NCBI GenBank assembly: GCA_043228905.1
Contig: JBHGNT010000007.1
Location: 14,012,001-14,076,000 of the forward strand
Source of the DNA: Azolla caroliniana
Taxonomy: Eukaryota > Plantae > Polypodiophyta
Reading direction: 5' to 3'
Length of the DNA: 64,000 bases
Within the stretch, counting starts at the first letter, position 1. Each line of letters begins with the position of its first letter. Below the pieces are notes generated by a model. That model was not told where the DNA came from and searched no databases. It saw nothing but the letters and a program-made list of their open reading frames with translations. Shown here piece after piece: positions 1 through 12,300 of this stretch. The translations under genes and the position numbers were made by a program.

Positions 1-502
1 GGCTACGGAGAGCCGTATGACACAGACCCGGTGCGAACTAGAGGAAGAGACATATTCGTAAATATGTTTCGAAGAGCCCATCGAGGCTACATTTTTAAAT
101 AGCCGAAAAGTCATATTAGTATAAATATGACTTAGGGAAAACCTTCTTCAGTTAGTAGTTGTCATTTTCTTGTTGGAGAAAGAAGAAGAGACAGTACGTA
201 ACGTTGTACAGAGAGAGAGAGAGAAAGAGGTCGCTGCCTCTGTTGTAACTGCCACCTGTGGCGAAGATCGTGAGTCCGAGGTCGTTGCCTCCGTGAACTC
301 ACTGTTTTTTGTACATTCTTACATAGTGACAGTTTGCAGCCTGTGGGCTGCCGTGGTTTTTCCCCTAGTTTGGGGTTTTCCACGTAAACCTCTTGTGTAT
401 CTTCCTCTTCTTTGTGTCGTGTTCTATTTCCCGTTTTCTGTGTATCATTCTAAGCTCGGTTATGGCCGAGCGTTGCACATAAGGAACGACCAGTTCCCAT
501 CA
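1..502 (+). mobile_element. Right part of a copia family X LTR (3' LTR or solo LTR), inserted in the extra ORF of gypsy A
   Basis: Shares long blocks with 16941-17628 and, reverse-complemented, with the LTRs at 57033-57776 and 61811-62765 (e.g. aaatagccgaaaagtcatattagtataaatatgacttaggg). Ends ...cccatCA at 502 with no PBS after it. Confidence 0.85.
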
Positions 503-850
503 CATCCCATATGCGTTTACATGTACACATCGAACCTCCAACTAGAACTTGGCGATTTCACGGAAAAAGGGATCTGGGATCTCCTTCGTTCTATATGCCT
601 TGGCGAATGATGAATATGGACCGAAATATCTATGCAGGGATTCCGCAGGAGGGATTTCGAAATGCCTTTCACCCAATGATGAGAAGTCCAATTTTTTCCG
701 GATGGATGACTTGGTGACCGTGTTGATGTTGAGCTTCCTAGCGATGTCTAGTGCGTCAGCGTGTGGAGGTGCCTCAGGGACTCTGATGTACCCATCCAAG
801 CGTTTCTCCACAAGCCATTGATGCAAGGCGATAGAGATGGATATCGGCAT
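503..850 (-). pseudogene. N-terminus of the gypsy A extra 3' ORF (plant mobile domain / transposase_32-like, tentative)
   Basis: MPISISIALHQWLVEKRLDGYIRVPEAPPHADA...YFGPYSSFAKAYRT...FFREIAK aligns by eye with the gypsy B ORF starting at 15311. Cut by the copia LTR at 502. Confidence 0.7.
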
Positions 851-1210
851 AGTCGGAATAGACTCGTGGCTAATGGGTGAAGACTGTTGGCTGCGGTGAG
901 CTTGAGCTCTGTGATAGGATGGAGAAGAGGGTGCGGGAGGGGAGCGATGAGAGCGATGAGAGTTAGAAGGTTGATTTCTGTATTGTAAAAAAAACCTTTT
1001 ATTTCCTTCTTTTTATGGACTAGGGCTCATTGGTCGGTGAGCCATCGTGGTGCCGTGTGTTCTTGGCCTAGAAGTCTGTGCATGCCTTAAGTCCTTTTAA
1101 TAGCATCGCTATCTTCTGCTTTTCCTTTTTTCTTTTTTCTTTTTTCTTTTTTTTCGTAATGGTTACATACAATACTATTTTTACACTATAATACAAGTGG
1201 GGCCGTCTAC

Positions 1211-4200
1211 TTACTCCACGGATTCTCCGGCTTTGTCTTGTCCGGCGGGGAACAGGTTAGGTGGCGTAGGTCCCAGATAAGGTTTAAGGCGAAACCCATT
1301 TACTTTTTGTTGTAACACTTTCCCGGCCAACGTGCCCAATTGAAACATGCCTTGTTCGGCTCCTACTATCCAGTATGAACCTGTCCAGCAGAATCTTAAT
1401 TTTCCTGGCATATGCCCCATGCGTGTTTGGAAAACTAATACCACTTTTCCCACCGTAAAATCTTTTTCACGTGCATGCCGGTGTAGGTCCACGAATGCTT
1501 TGCGCCGCCGTTGTTCCTGCTCTAATATGGCCATACTATGTAACCTTGTTTCTCCTAGCTCTAGTAGTTGTTGTAGTTGTACTTGTTCGTATTTGCCCTT
1601 TGATAGCTGGGCTCGTACTTGAATCCGCAGACTGGGTACCTGGAATTCGACTAGCATCACGGCCTCCAGACCAAATGCTAGCCTAAACGATGTTGATTGT
1701 ATGTTGGTCTTATAGTTGGTACGGTATGCCCATAACGCGCTATGCAACTTGGTGTCCCAATCCGTCCTGTTCTCATTTACTATCTTTTTTAGGATAGTTT
1801 GGAGGGTTTTGTTCGTGGATTCCGCCAAGCCATTTGCCTGCGGGTAATACGACGTACTTTTTTTGTGCACCACAACGTAATGTTGGGTCAGTTCGCTGAT
1901 GACCGTATTCAAAAAGTGACTCCCTTGGTCACTAATGAGCTCGATAGGGCGGCCGAAACAACACCATATGTGTTCGTAAAGGAATTTCGTTGTGACAGTC
2001 GCGGTATTCTCGTGTAGTGGTTTCGCTGCTACCCACTTGGTACAATAATCTGTAGCCACCGGGATGTTCGAGTCGCCGCCGGGGTAAAGGGTTCCACGAA
2101 ATCTAACCCCCACTTTTGGAAAGGATCTAGTGGTAACACTTGTTGGTGTGGCATTCTTGCGACTTCCGTGGGCTGGCCCAGTCGTTGGCATAAATCTTAT
2201 TGTCTACAATATTCATACACGTGCTTTTGCGTTGTCGGCCACCAAAATCCTGTTTGCCAAATTTTCCGGGCCGTAACATCGCCCGCGTAATGTCCTCCTA
2301 TCGTACTACAATGGGCTTCGCATAGAACCGCGGCCTTCTCATCCTACCGTTTTCCACACCTCTAAATGTCGTCACTGCCCTTGTGGTATAGTGTGTCTTC
2401 CACTAAACAGAAATTTCGACTTCGTATGGGCAGTCGTTTTTTCTCGTCCATCTGTAATTGGGGTGGCGGTAACCCCGTGGTTAGGAAGTAGGTCATTTCC
2501 ATGAGCCACCAATCCGGGAAAGTCTTTTCCGTTCGTTTTGCTAGCGTTGCTACCCGCAGAATGTCCGCGTCCGGAAAGTCGTCGTCATCCATCTGCACCG
2601 TTTCTCCATTATCGAGTCGGCTCAAAAAATCTTCCACTACGTGTTGCGTACCTGAGCGGTGCTGAATTACAAAGTCGAATTCTTGAAGCAGCAACATCCA
2701 TCTCACCAATTTCCCCGTTAGCACTTGTTTCCCTACCAAATATAGCAGTGTCGAATGATCCACGTGAAACGTGAATTTCCTCCCTAGTAGATAATGCTGG
2801 AACTTATTGATGTTGCAGATCATACCCAACGCCTCACGTTCTGTTGTGGAATAGTTACGCTCAGCCGTTGATAATTTCCGACTAGCGTAGTACACCGGTC
2901 GGTACCAATTCGGCTTTGTGAGCTACATTAACACACTACCTATTGCTATGTCCGAGGCATCTACAAACACGTGGAATGGCTTCGCCCAAACTGGTGGTTG
3001 TACAACGAGTGCCTGCGTTATCATTACCTTTTGTGCATCATATGCCTTCTCTTCCGTAGCTGTCCATTGGAAGGCAGTCTGATGAACGGCGACATGTAAC
3101 GGCGTGGTGAAGTCCGCCAAATAGCGTATCATTCGACCATTGTATTTGCCCTAAAAACCGGCTGAGTGATTTCGCGTTTGTCGGCGTTTTCGCGTCAGTA
3201 ATCGTGGAGATTTTATTCGGATCGACCGCTATCCCTTCCTTGCTGACTATATGGCCGAGGAGAGCCCCGCTGGTAATGCCGAAAGTGCATTTGGCGGGAT
3301 TCAGGCTTAAGCGTGCGGTTCGGCAACGCTCCAGGCAAAGTTGCAGATGCGTAAAATGGTTGGTTGTTGTCCCATATATCGTGAAATCGTCTAAAAAAAC
3401 TTGCATGAAGGCCGGAATATATTCCCCAAAAATCTCCGTGATTGTCCGTTGAAATGTCGTTGGCGCCGTCTTTAGCCTGAACATCATGACGATTGCGACA
3501 TAGACTCCCTAGTCCGTGACAAACGTCATCTTCTCTTGGTCGTCGGGGTGCATGCGTACTTGGTTGTACCCACTGAAGCCATCTAAAAAGTTGTACATGT
3601 CATGCCCCGCGACGGCGTCCAGTACGCTATTGGTGAACGGTAAAGGGAATGCGTCTGTAATGGTTACGGTGTTCAATTTCCGGTAGTTCACGCATACACG
3701 TATTTTGCCATTTTTCTTTGGTACGACTACTATCGGGCTTAACCATGTAGCTTGTTTAACTGGTTGTATGAATCCGGCCTTGAGTTTGTCAATTTCTTCT
3801 TTTACGTGGGCCGCGTAGTTTGGGTTCATACGGTATCGACATTGCTGGACCGGTTTCACATCGGTTGCTAAATTGATCTTATGTTGATAGAACTTCGGAT
3901 CTAACCCCTTCATGTCCTCGTGGGCCCAGGCGAACACATCTTTATACTTCCTGAGTAGTGTTATCATCGCGTCTCTCTGATCAAGCAGTAATTCTTTTGC
4001 GATGGAGAGGAATCGGGGTTCTAACGTCGTACCCACGTTTACTTCTTCCAGGGTTGAGGCGGTGACTCACCGTGAAATTTCCATTTCCCTCTCGAACGTT
4101 GCCCGTGCTCTACTTAGTTCTAATATTGACTCCAGGTTTGGTTCGTAAGCCTCATCGTGGAGTGTAGCGGATGTGGCATATTCCGCCGCGGTTTCAATGA

Positions 4201-7200
4201 CGTCGATTTCGAACAGCGGAATAATCTGAGGGTGCTCGTCTAGGTATACCTCTAATTCTGTATCATCCACCCCAACCAGCATATTTATATCCTCCGCGTA
4301 CAATGGTGTTATGCCCTTGGGTTGTGCCACCATTTCCTCTGTTGATACGCGGACCTTGGTGCGTCCGCGTCGAAAGCTGATACACTTGTGTTGCCAACTC
4401 TGCTTGATATTTGTTGAACGAAGCCACGGTTTGCCCAGTAGCATAGGATACGCTCCTAGGGCGTCAAGGGTGAGGACTACCGCCGAGATGTCGAAGCAAT
4501 GTCCTCCAATGATAATGCCTACCTTGCGTATCAAACCCAATGGTCGCACTGAACAGGTATCCGCCATGCGAAGCCAAAACGAGCAAGCTTCCCATTCTGA
4601 AATTCCCAATTGTTCGCATGTCTTCGCACTAATTACATTAACGCCCGAGCCGCCACCAATTACGCATCCTGGGATTTCCTAACCGTGTAGTACCAACTTA
4701 ATAGCCGGATTGTGGTGATCCACCACTGTTGGTCTAGTGCTAATGTCCGTAAAATTCGCGGCGACACTTACCCCAGGTCTGCCCGTCATCCGCTCCTCCA
4801 CGTCCTGGCGGAATCGTGGGACTAGTTGCAGTAGCTTCTCCATGGTTAACGTTATCTTGCAGCCTATCAGTGCTTGCCATATGGGATCCGGACGTGGTCC
4901 CTCTTCCTCCAATAGTTCCACCGTGTTTGCGGAGTCCTTCCGCATGTGTTCCGTATTTGCCACATTTGCTTTTTCAACCCATGCTTGGGTTGTCTGCCGT
5001 ATCTCATCTTGCGCGGCCCAATCAACATTTTTTGTTTGCTGACGTGTCGTGACTTGCTGTACTTCCGTCGTAATCGTATTGACAGCGGGCCCCTTGCCCT
5101 TTCGTACTGGGCATTGTGTGGCATAATGTCCGGGCTGTTGACAAACAAAACAATGAATGCTAGATTCGCCCTTCTCAGCCCCTAGTGGTGTGTGCCGATC
5201 CCCAGGTGTGACTTGCTCCTCCCGGTCGTGATTCGTTTGTCGGAGTGTACGCGGTGGTTGTTGTTGATCTCGGCGCAGTTCCTGGTGCCGGGCATCGTCC
5301 GAACTTTCGTCGTACCGCCGTTGTCCCGATACTGATGATGCTTTCCGCAAGGCCCATTGAAACCGCCGCGTTTGTTCGTCGGACGGTAATTCTCATAGCG
5401 TCAACCCCCTTTAGTATTTCTGGGGTTGCCACGGTAGTCTTCATCCTCTGGCTCGTCTTCCTAAGAATCGTTGTGATTCCCGCGATTCCAGTAGTGCCAG
5501 TCATCGCGTGGGTTCCGATCCATATAGCATGGTCGTTCTTCTTGCCGCCTTTGTTCATTATGGCGTGGGGGACGTTGTGTTTCCATGCTGCGTTGTCGTG
5601 ACGTGGCTCGCCTAGAAGCGTAGCGTTGCGCACACAAAGGATAACGTGAAAGTGAGGAAGGAATCACTGGGATTATGGACGGAAGAGACGAAAGAGTAGA
5701 GATGGAGTGAATAGAGATCAATAAGATATGACAAAATAGGATTTTTAAGGAATATAAGATAAGACAAGATAAGATATAAACTAATATATGAGAAAGTGTA
5801 TGAAATTTACAATCATTTTCATGAAAGAGTTACAAAATGATTGTGCACATCGTTGAACCTCCGAACTTTGTCTTGCAAGGTAATCACTCTTCTCTTTCTT
5901 GATCGTAGACCATTACAATCTTCACTTCAATATTTTGATGAAGATAAGGCTTGAACCGCCTCCCTCTTGTTGAGAGTTGACCACCACGACCGCCAAGCTA
6001 GAGCTCCACGTTTATGTTAAACTTCTTCCCTTCTTTCTCTATTTTTATGGTATCTCTTATGAAATATATAATTTGATTGATATCTCATACATATCTCCCT
6101 TTGATCTTCTCTTTCACCATTTAAATAGGTGCCCCCATGCATATGATGCATTGGAGGGTACAAATCATGCATGTAGTGCATGAAATGCATGTGATGCATG
6201 ATAAACATCTCGCTCATTTGAGCTTTTATGTATGAAACAATATATGCAATAACAATAAACATGAAAACATAATCTTAATGGTAGGTGTGTCAACTTTGGT
6301 GTATGAGGTTGTGGGTTCGAGTCTCAAAATGCTATTGAATACAACATACAACTTTATTTTTATATCATGAAGCAAATCCTTTATGTAATATAAAGTATAT
6401 ATAAATATGCTTTATTTTATGTATATTACTAGTATAGAGTAAATGGTAAGATTTGAGAGTCATAGGGTGGGGTTATTGGTTCAAGTCCTCTCTTGTTCGT
6501 GTAATATAATATATTTATCTATATATATATATTATTTTTCTTTACATATATATAATATTATCATATGTGTTGTTAATATTATCTTTATATATAAAATATT
6601 ATCAAATGTTATTTTAGTTACGTATTTATCTTATTGTAGACTTTTAATGTGAAGCTTTCGTACTTCACGATAGCGTACTGTGGGCGTGGATCTGTTCAAC
6701 ATATTGTAGTCACACTACTCAATTGTGTGAGCTTTCGAGTGACAGATTGGACAGTGGATTCGCATGTTGCATTCAACTGCGGAATGCCCCGAATTCAAGC
6801 AAATCGTGCACTGGATCGCTTGGCAAAAATGTCGTTCCTCATCTTGAGGTAACGCTTGTCATAATGAGGACATGGAAAACCTTTCCTCTTCTTCGTCCAG
6901 CTTGAGCTGTAGCACTTTTTCTATGACCATATCGGTCGTTTCCCCTTTCACTCTATTGTTGTTTAAATGTCTCCCTAGCCTCGTCCTCCGTCGGGCCCCG
7001 TTCTAATTTCCGTCGTAGATTTTGGAAGCGTAAACTAAAATCCACTACCGTCTCGGTCGGCAACTGTTTAATTGTGTAAAACTGCCCGAGGATTTCGTGT
7101 TGCGGCACCCTCCGATGAAAAAATCGCATAAAGGCTGACTACAGTTGGTCGAAGGTCGTGATTGCTGGCAGATCCATTTGTGAATGCCAAAACGCCGCTC

Positions 7201-7600
7201 TCCCATCCAAGGTTAATCCGAACTCCGTCATTTTGGACTGGTGCGCTACTGCTTCGAAAAGGCTATGCACCATGTGGTTTGTTCCAAACATTGAGGAATA
7301 GTCAGATGTGGGTTGCGGCGTCGGTTTCGCCGTTGAAGCGGGGATAAACAAAGGTCATGTTGGATGCTACGGCAGGCAGGGAAAGACCACAGTGCTTTTG
7401 TGGTGAGCGCGCTTCCTACGTATCGCCGAGGTATTTGGGGAGCGAGAAATCGTCTTTGTGGTCCCGACCGGTATCACTGAGGTCACTGAGGTGAAGCTTT
7501 TGCCGTGCGCATTCCTCTGCCTGGCGTGTGATAGACCTTGGGATTGGTTAGTCTTGTCGTGTTGGTTCTCTGGGGCATCTACGGCTAAACATCCATTCAT
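1211..7600 (-). pseudogene. gypsy A gag-pol pseudogene (multiple stops and frameshifts)
   Basis: ORF fragments: zinc knuckle CFVCQQPGHYATQC (4679-5350), protease (4067-4680), RT (3038-4036), RNase H (2362-3132), integrase ending VNGFRLKPY (1211-2191). Confidence 0.92.
5633..6672. mobile_element. About 1040-bp AT-rich insertion in gypsy A gag, probably an old solo LTR
   Basis: Abrupt drop in GC content. The gag frame rejoins across it (..STPTVR|NATLLGEP..). Imperfect 5-bp TSD gcgca (5628-5632) / gcgta (6673-6677). Termini are not clean TG..CA. Confidence 0.55.
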
Positions 7601-7646
7601 CGTTGTTCTTCTGTGAGAAGACACAGATCACCAAGCGTGCCAAAAG

Positions 7647-8116
7647 TGTTACCGATTAGGAACACGGTCTACGGTCAGTCCTTCGACCTAGACCTCAAAG
7701 TGACTGTGTTGCAACGAATGGTATCGTCGTAGCGTAATACTTAGTGGGATACCTCCCGTATCCTAGTCGCGCATAAGGTAGATGGCTACAACCGAACTCC
7801 TTAGACACTGGACTAGCAACCACATTGTTACTCACACCTACACTCTTACGACTACGCTATGCCACCCAAGAATCACAAACCCATAGTAGATTAACCATAG
7901 ATACGCACAGGAATTAGAGAAGATAGAACTCTATTGGAATACGCCTTTTACATTCAAAATTACACGCTACCTCTCTCAGAGGTTTTCTGCCCTTTATATA
8001 CACAAGGTTTTTTAGCCGTTCACGCTTCCCGCGTGAATCGTTTACATGCGTTACAATATTACTCTATTCTATATTACTACGCTCTTGTCTGTCGGTTACT
8101 ATTCCTGCGGACAACA
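7647..8116 (-). repeat. 5' LTR of gypsy A (470 bp)
   Basis: Reverse complement matches 63576-64000 closely; TG..CA ends; adjacent PBS. Confidence 0.92.
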
Positions 8117-8880
8117 GGGATGGAAAAAAATAAAGGGATGCATAAATGGCCAATAGTGAACTGGAATCTTCAATACAAGGTGACCCCCCTCTCGAATACT
8201 GGACAACAAATCAAACTGAAACTAACAAGAAAAAAGTGGTTCAAGGAAATATGTGGAAGTGAGATGAAGAAGGACAACATAAGTAGAGTCAATATATATG
8301 GTAAATGTATTGATGAAGGATGGATCGTTGGTCTGTCCTATATTTTGGCCTTGGGAAATAAGGAACCACATAGCAGAGAAGAAGCACTTGGATGTTTGGA
8401 ACAACAAATGGATGTTCATGTAGACTCATCATATGGTACCGCAATAGGGATGAAAATGAAAAGACAATGGAAAGATGCCTTGATTTGGAGTTCGGGCAAG
8501 GCGAGTGAACAAGGCATATGCTACATAAATGTGAAATTTAGGATTCAACTTCCTAAAGTGTTCATGGAATTCATGGTATACATCCTTGAAATGCTGACAC
8601 AACTGGAAGAGGAAGATCACCAAGATAGGATATTAGCTACCATATTGGAAGCGGAAAATGCATTGGTCGGGCCTCAGAAGGTGCAGCTTATATGAATCTT
8701 AGCTTGCTAACTTGGAATATACAAGGAATTGGTGGCACCCAATTCCAGATGAAAAAGGATGTATTGGCTCCTAAAATCCAATGTTGCACTGAGGTAGTGG
8801 TGCTTGATATTATCTTGGTGCAGGAGCACCATCTAGATGAGGATAAGATCAATAAAATTGGAAGCATTTGCCCTAGGAAC

Positions 8881-9313
8881 TGTTACCGGCCGGCAAAGGA
8901 GTCCAGAGTGTGAAACGGGGAGTTATTTAATTGTTAGGAATGGTTGTAAGTAAGCTATGAGTGTGGACGGACGAACTGGAATCGGTATGCCGTTCCGGAT
9001 CCAGACCGATCCCGAACAGGTGCGGATGGCACCGTTTTGTAATTCTGACCGGAAACCTATTTCAAGGCCTAGATACAATGTAATGAGCAGCGGTTATTTA
9101 ATAAAGCTTAGTGTTGTTATCTCTCTGTGTTAATTGCCGTTCTGCATTCATTGTTATATCTTACGCATGTGAATATTAAGGACGATCATGCTAAGCAACC
9201 TAATTAAGTCGAATTAATCGTTGAGTCTAATCCTCTTGCCGTAACACCCCTTTGGTGAAGTGTCTTCCGTAGACACCCTGTCTTAGGCCATTGTCCGGCC
9301 CTAAGAGTTAACA
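8881..9313 (+). repeat. 5' LTR of gypsy B (433 bp)
   Basis: TG..CA ends, direct repeat of 18896-19309; TATA-like ctatttcaag and AATAAA on the + strand. Confidence 0.95.
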
Positions 9314-9366
9314 CAGTTTTTGGTGACCACGATTCCTGTTTTTGCAACGAATGACGGCACGGATGG

Positions 9367-12300
9367 ATGACTAGATCAACGCACGACCTGGTTACAGATC
9401 GAACTCGATGCCTTGCCGAAAGGCAAAGGAGACGTGAGGCTTTCCGGCAAGCGGCGCAGGAAATTAGAGCGGATCGCTCGTTTTCCAACGTAATTCGGAG
9501 AGTAGCAGAGGACTCCCTCTGGTTACAGCAAACATCACACCCGGACGACGGCAGCAGCCTAAGCAGCCTCCGGGAAACCGAATCCCTTCTCCAAGCGTTG
9601 GCAAACAGAGAAGGCGAAGCAGAAGCCTTTTCAACATATGAATCGGATTCCGAAGGGGAATACAGTGTCCACACGAACTACCGTAGCAGCAACGAAACCC
9701 TAGGCGGACCGGAGGACGAAGGATTGGACACCTTATCGACACCGGAACCGGAATTACTAAGGCTGGAACCTCCAGAACCAACAGAGGAAGAGCGACCTCC
9801 GACACCGGAAGTCGAGGAGGAGAGGCCTCCGTCACCAAAAGAAGAGGAAAGACCACCGACGCCGGAGAAAAACCAGGCACGACCACCAACACCGCCAGTC
9901 CACGCACCGATACCGGACGACGACATGCCCTTCCAGTACTCCAAGTATAGAGATGATCCGGACGCGGAAGCTCATGTTCACGCCTTTGAACAGACATGGG
10001 AAGCAAACCATGTGTCCCAACAATTGACCTCGAAAGAAGAGGAACGCTCTAAGATAGCGGAATTTGGCGTCACATTGGAGGGACCGGCAGCAAGATTACG
10101 CCAGACGCAGGACCCATCTACCATCACCACCTTTGCAGATTTAAAAGCTAAATTCTTGCATTTTTTCCAAAAGGAGGTGGACTAGACAGTAATGGTGGGC
10201 TTATTTTATACCATCCGACAGGAGGCAGGGGAGAGCATTCCCCAGTTTGTCATCCGGTTTCAACGGATGCATAGTCAGCTTGCCCACGCACCTCCGGAGG
10301 AGGAATTATGAACTATATTCCTAAATGCGCTCCGAGAACCCCTACGTACGGTTTGCACGGTAATTGACTTCCGCACAAGTACCATCGACCAGGTCATTGA
10401 CCGGGTGAGAGAGATGGAAAAGACAGGCTCCTGGCTCACACTAGGAGCACTCCAACGGGCGTTACCGTCCGATGAAGACCTCCGGTTTCGGCAAGCAATA
10501 CAGTGCACAACCTGCTTGAATTCCGGACACCCGGCACTAGAATGCACTATGAGGACACAATGTGTAATCTGTCAATCCAAGGGCCATACGATATATATGA
10601 TCGGTACCAGGATTACAATAGACAATACGAACATTACGACCGGGAGCACTCCCCCGGGTATCGTCAACAACGGGAGGAATACGGCAGATATAACAACCAA
10701 CCTCGTCAACAGTACCGCAATAAGAAGAACTATAGCAAAAAACGGCATTTCAAAAAAGGCGGCTACCCAAGGGATCCGAAACAAGGAGCTTCAAGCAGCC
10801 ATCTGGACCAAAACCCCACGCTTACCACGGGACTTGCCTCGGGTACAACAGACAATGCCGAATCCACCAGTACCCGGAAAGCCTACTGCTACTACTGCTG
10901 ACAGGAAGGCCATTATAGTAATCAATGCCCGGCGAAGAGCTATGACAAACGACCGGTAGTAAATATGGTAGTCCCTGAAGTGGCAGATCTACAGCAGGTG
11001 ACCACAAGGTCGAAGGGCATGGCCAAGGAATGGGAGACGCAGGAGACCATCCGGAAGCAAGCGACGGAGTGGGTGAAAAAAGCAAACGAGCAAAATGTCA
11101 CAGACCTACAGCGGCAAAAGGAGAATACCGTAGGGCTTGCCGGCGGCAGTCACGCCGAGAACGAGACATGGCTGGCATTGCAAGAATGCCAGATTACGCT
11201 GCCACTAGGAAGACTCCTACAGCTCGTGCCAAGATTCATGGAAGGACTGAAGACGGCCATGACGGCAGGAGAATCATCACTGGCACCGATACTCTTCTCG
11301 AATCACGGCCATTGTAAAAGGGAAAGAACTCCTCGGCACAGTTATAGACGGAGGCTCCGGGGTGAATGTAATAAGCCTCTGGACGTGTGATACCCTGGGA
11401 ATCCACGAGTGGGAGCCGTGTCCGTTCTGGTTACGGATGGCCGATACAAGCTCAGTGTGGCCGACAGGATTAATACGGAAATTAGAAGTCACCGTGGGCG
11501 GTCATACATTTCACATCTCGGCAGTAGTGCTACAATTACAGGCACAAGGCGCATACCCGCTATTGCTGGGGCGACCGTGGTTGAAAACGGCACATATCAA
11601 ACAGAATTGGAGGAAAAATATAATTACCTTCCAGCGAGGAAAAGCCAAGGTACGGGTACCAACACAGCCAAGGACGAGCACTGGCAAGGAATGTACACCG
11701 TTGTATGCAGATTGCGTCAACATGCTAGAAGGGTTAGCTGACGAAGAAGAAGCTCAGTACTTGGAAGAAAACCCGAAGATCATACCCCTCTTCGAAATTG
11801 ACATTGCCGAAGCAGTAGCACCATACTTACCGCAGCCGGAATAGGCGGAAGCAGAACTGGATAAAGACGCAATCCGAGAGTTACGGCAAGCGCAGGAAGC
11901 GTTGGAACGGGAAATGGCCGTTTCACAGCGCGTAAAAGTGTCGCAACTTGAAGAGGTGAACCTAGGGACCACGGACGAAGCAAAACTGATGCACATCGCC
12001 AAGGAGATGAAGTCCGAAGATAAAACGGCGATGATCACACTTCTCACAGGATTTCGCGACGTGTTCGCCTGGTCATACAAAGACATGCGAGGACTCGACC
12101 CTCAGTTATACCAACATCAGGTTCACTTGAGCAAGGACGCAAAACCAGTGGCACAAAGACGGTACCGAATGAATCCCAATTATGCCGCCAAAGTCAAGAA
12201 GGAAATCGACAAACTACTAAGAGTTGGCTTTATCCATCCGGTAAAGAAAGCGACATGGCTGAGCCGATCGTAGTCGTACCGAAAAAGAACAGAAAAATTT

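Larger units (their letters stand above)
503..8116 (-). mobile_element. Ty3/gypsy LTR retrotransposon A (non-chromovirus, Athila/Phygy-like), degenerate, 3' part outside the window
   Basis: 5' LTR at 7647-8116 (TG..CA), PBS TGGCACGCTTGGTG at 7642-7629, then gag, protease, RT (VFLDD), RNase H, integrase in gypsy order and an extra 3' ORF. No chromodomain seen. Confidence 0.93.

Noticed and set aside
5633-6672. Helitron, TIR element or true tRNA gene
   Set aside because: No TC..CTRR ends with hairpin, no TIRs and no complete cloverleaf could be found.
7934-8695. 253-aa ORF as a host gene
   Set aside because: It is a chance fusion of gypsy A LTR sequence with the tail of LINE ORF1.
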